Of a stretch of 64,000 bases of DNA, positions 61,245 through 64,000 are shown piece after piece; position 1 is the stretch's first letter, and each line of letters opens with the position of its first letter. The notes beneath the pieces are model-generated. The model was not told the DNA's origin, did no database searches, and saw nothing but the letters and a program-made list of their open reading frames with translations. Source of the stretch: Monocercomonoides exilis PA203. Lineage: Eukaryota > Protista > Preaxostyla. The position numbers and the translations under genes are program-made. The DNA is taken from assembly GCA_001643675.2 (NCBI GenBank), contig LSRY02000007.1:248001-312000 (forward strand), written 5' to 3'.

Positions 61245-63033
61245 TCAATTGGGTAATTTGATCCTGGTCCTGAAGTTATACTGCTTCCGAGTTAAATGGG
61301 AAGAATTGTATGAAGAATACTCGCGGAGCGAGTCTTGAGAAGAATGTGAAGTGTGACATGGAGAATATGTGATAAAACAATTGGTAAAAGTTGAGGGAGA
61401 GTTTGATGAATTTGAGAGATGTGAAGTTGGTGATAAAGTCATGCATCCTGATGAAGAAGGTATACACGAATATGCTACCTCTTTTCCAACTTCATCATCG
61501 TCCTCTGTCAGAACTTGTTCCAATGGCAACGGTGATTCCTCATTAAAAATGTCACTTCCATCAATGCTGGAACTACTTCCTTGATCATCCATTGATTCGT
61601 GCATGGAATCTGCTCCAAAAGCGCTTAAATCGCCAGGCGCACAACTTCCACTTTCGTCGCAATGAAGATTATATGATGGAATATCGCAGAAGTTTCCAGA
61701 TTTCTGAGATGATTGTGATGAACCGCAATCCTCTTTTCTCAAAAACAGGCAGCTTCCTCGTTCAGAAGAATCATCAATCAATGATTGAGAAACATAGTCA
61801 GATTTCTCATCTTCTAAATTTTGCCCTTCTGATGAATCGCTTTTTTCGTCTTCGCATTCAGCCTCTTCTAAATAATCATCGTTGCTTATATTTTCTTCGT
61901 CCATACACTGCAGTTGGAACATATATAAGTGAATATAACACATATAAAAAATAATAGAATCGTTCCAATTCATGAACGAAAGTTGAAACCCAAATAAACA
62001 AAAATAAACTATTAATTTTGAACAGAATGCAAAAACACACTCCAGGAGAGGTTGTATAATTGGGTGTTGGAGGAGTATGATTAAGTTCAACCTGACCAGA
62101 AAGAGGTGAAGTTTCTGTGACTAACGATGAAAATTGAGGAGGCGAAGGATTTCGAAATTGAGGATGATCATCTGATGGCGAAGAAGGTGAAATCCTTGGT
62201 GGAGTCATTGCATTTTCAGGAGGATAGTATGAAACCAGAGGTGACAAAGGTGATGATAAAAGAATATCTTTGCAACTTTCACAATAAGATTGAATAGTTT
62301 GATCATCAGCTTTTCGATCTCTTGAAAAAGATAAGCAAAGAAATCCTTCTCTTGGAAAAATACTTGTAAGCGGCATAATATCTTCTTCAGAGAAGAAGAG
62401 TGTAAAATTTAATGCTGTCAAAATCTGAATTTCGTTATGATATATTCTAGCGGGCTCAAGATTCAATACTCGGGCAATATTTCCAGATTTTATTTGATCA
62501 TCATGCAGAGCTTTACAAGAAATTAAAATGCATAGTATCATTAAATAAAATAGTTCCGAATCTTGAGTAATTGAAAGAACTGGTCCTGCAATCCTCATGT
62601 ATCGATGAAGAATAATTAATGAAGTCAAAAATAATTCCTCATCCAATTTGAAGAAAGAAATCATATTTCCAAGGTGCGAATACATAACCGTTGGATCATA
62701 TGATGGAAGAAGTGTTATCAGCAACATTGACGCACGTTGTGCAAGGACAGACATTGTTAATTGCGGAGAAAATAAATCACCTTGTTGTGGTTGGATAAAA
62801 CGCTCATAAAAAAAATTGCGCGGAATCATCATCAAATTATCTCTTGGGACAGATACGGCTGGATTGGGCAAAATCAAATTTGGGGAATTAGTGGGCTCAA
62901 AGCGGACAAGGTCAGTTTGAGGGCTCTGATTGTGCCAGTGGAGCATCTTCGAAGAAAATGATTTCGTTGGATATGTTTGCACATATGTATTCGAAGCGAA
63001 AACAGTTTTTGAAGATGGATTACTGGTGATCAT
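61245..63033 (-). CDS. PHO80/Pcl-like cyclin with acidic Ser-rich tail; exons 63033-62041, 61907-61245
   Basis: Cyclin box FLTSLIILHRYM..LCILISCKALHDD..IARV..IYHNEIQILTALNFTL. GT-AG intron 61908-62040 joins SPG to CMDEE in phase 0. Confidence 0.75.
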
Positions 63034-63271
63034 AAACAGCCTCAAAAATGTACCCTTCGCGCAAGAAGAACAATATAATGGTTTAAAATCCCACTATTTG
63101 ATAAAATCTTAACTTTGTTAAGTCCGTTATTATTGATGAATGTTAACGTATGACTGGTGATGGATGAAATGCAATATTGGTTTTACAGATACTGCTAAAA
63201 AAATTTTTTTCGTTTATGTTTTTTATGGTTAAATGCCATAATTTAATTGTCAATAACTATTTGTATTTGAT

Positions 63272-63793
63272 ATGGCTTCATTAACATTCCTTGGAAATCC
63301 AGTAAAAACTAATGCCCAATTCCCAGCTGTTGGAACAGAGGCTCCAGAATTCACTCTCACAAGAAGCCATGACAATTCTCCTTTCAAAAGCACAGATCTT
63401 CTTGGACACGGGAAATTGACAGTCATTTCTGTTTTCCCTTCTGTTGACACACCAGTTTGCAGCAAGCAGACAAAAGAATTCGTAACAAGCAAATTTATCA
63501 AAGAACATGGAGTTCAGCTTATGAATATTTCAATGGATCTTCCATTTGCCCAGAACAGACATTCTGAATCATGCGGATTTACTGATCCAACAACAATGTA
63601 CAGCGACCATATCAAAGCTGAATTCGGAACAAAATACGGAATGCTTTTGCCTGACATGCGTCTTCTGGCTCGTGGCGTGTTTGTTGTTGACAAAGCCGGA
63701 AAAATTGCATATGTTCAGGTGCCAACAGAAATTAGCCATGAAGTTGATTTCGCTGCATTATACGCAAAGTTGGAGGAGTTGGAAAAGCAATAA
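63272..63793 (+). CDS. tpx: Thiol peroxidase (Tpx-subfamily atypical 2-Cys peroxiredoxin)
   Basis: PSVDTPVC peroxidatic motif, ISMDLPFAQ.R...CG with the resolving Cys, FGTKYG and LLARGVFVVD; intronless, 173 aa. Confidence 0.92.
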   Translation: MASLTFLGNPVKTNAQFPAVGTEAPEFTLTRSHDNSPFKSTDLLGHGKLTVISVFPSVDTPVCSKQTKEFVTSKFIKEHGVQLMNISMDLPFAQNRHSESCGFTDPTTMYSDHIKAEFGTKYGMLLPDMRLLARGVFVVDKAGKIAYVQVPTEISHEVDFAALYAKLEELEKQ

Positions 63794-64000
63794 AAAGATC
63801 ATTTGTAACATTTATCAGATTGACGTGGTTCGTTTGAAGTTAATACGTATCCAAAATCTTTTTTGTTGTTTGCAGCTTTGATACGTTGATTTTTTTTTTT
63901 TTTTTTTTTTTTTTTTCGAAGTGATTTCGTTACATATTTTTTGTTAAACAATAATCAACAATATAATCTGTAGTTATCTCATAATTATTTCTTTTTGATT

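Overview
AT-rich, gene-dense eukaryotic DNA with short spliceosomal introns, the standard genetic code and poly-Ser/Lys-Glu expansions. The gene families and style suggest an oxymonad such as Monocercomonoides (inference). Genes in order: 3' end of APC1; AFG2/SPATA5 AAA ATPase; a broken member of a large Cys/Gly-repeat surface-protein family; histone H2A.Z; a triple RanBP2 zinc-finger gene (H2A.Z and this gene are missed by the ORF track); two ~9-10 kb duplicated receptor-pseudokinase genes; a decayed Merlin transposase; a giant SLC35/TPT-type transporter; two hypothetical genes; a PHO80-like cyclin; and a bacterial-type thiol peroxidase. Small DNA elements include a 268-bp element flanked by ATAT (3 copies, one with a nested MITE) and a foldback-like element. 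The stand-out is a ~3560-aa gene (49535-60492). It joins a calcineurin A scaffold with mutated catalytic motifs, through a long charged linker, to a POT1/TEBP-alpha-like telomere ssDNA-binding module (OB1-OB2-Zn OB3) that carries an AT-hook. All family calls are by eye from remembered motifs; no searches were run.
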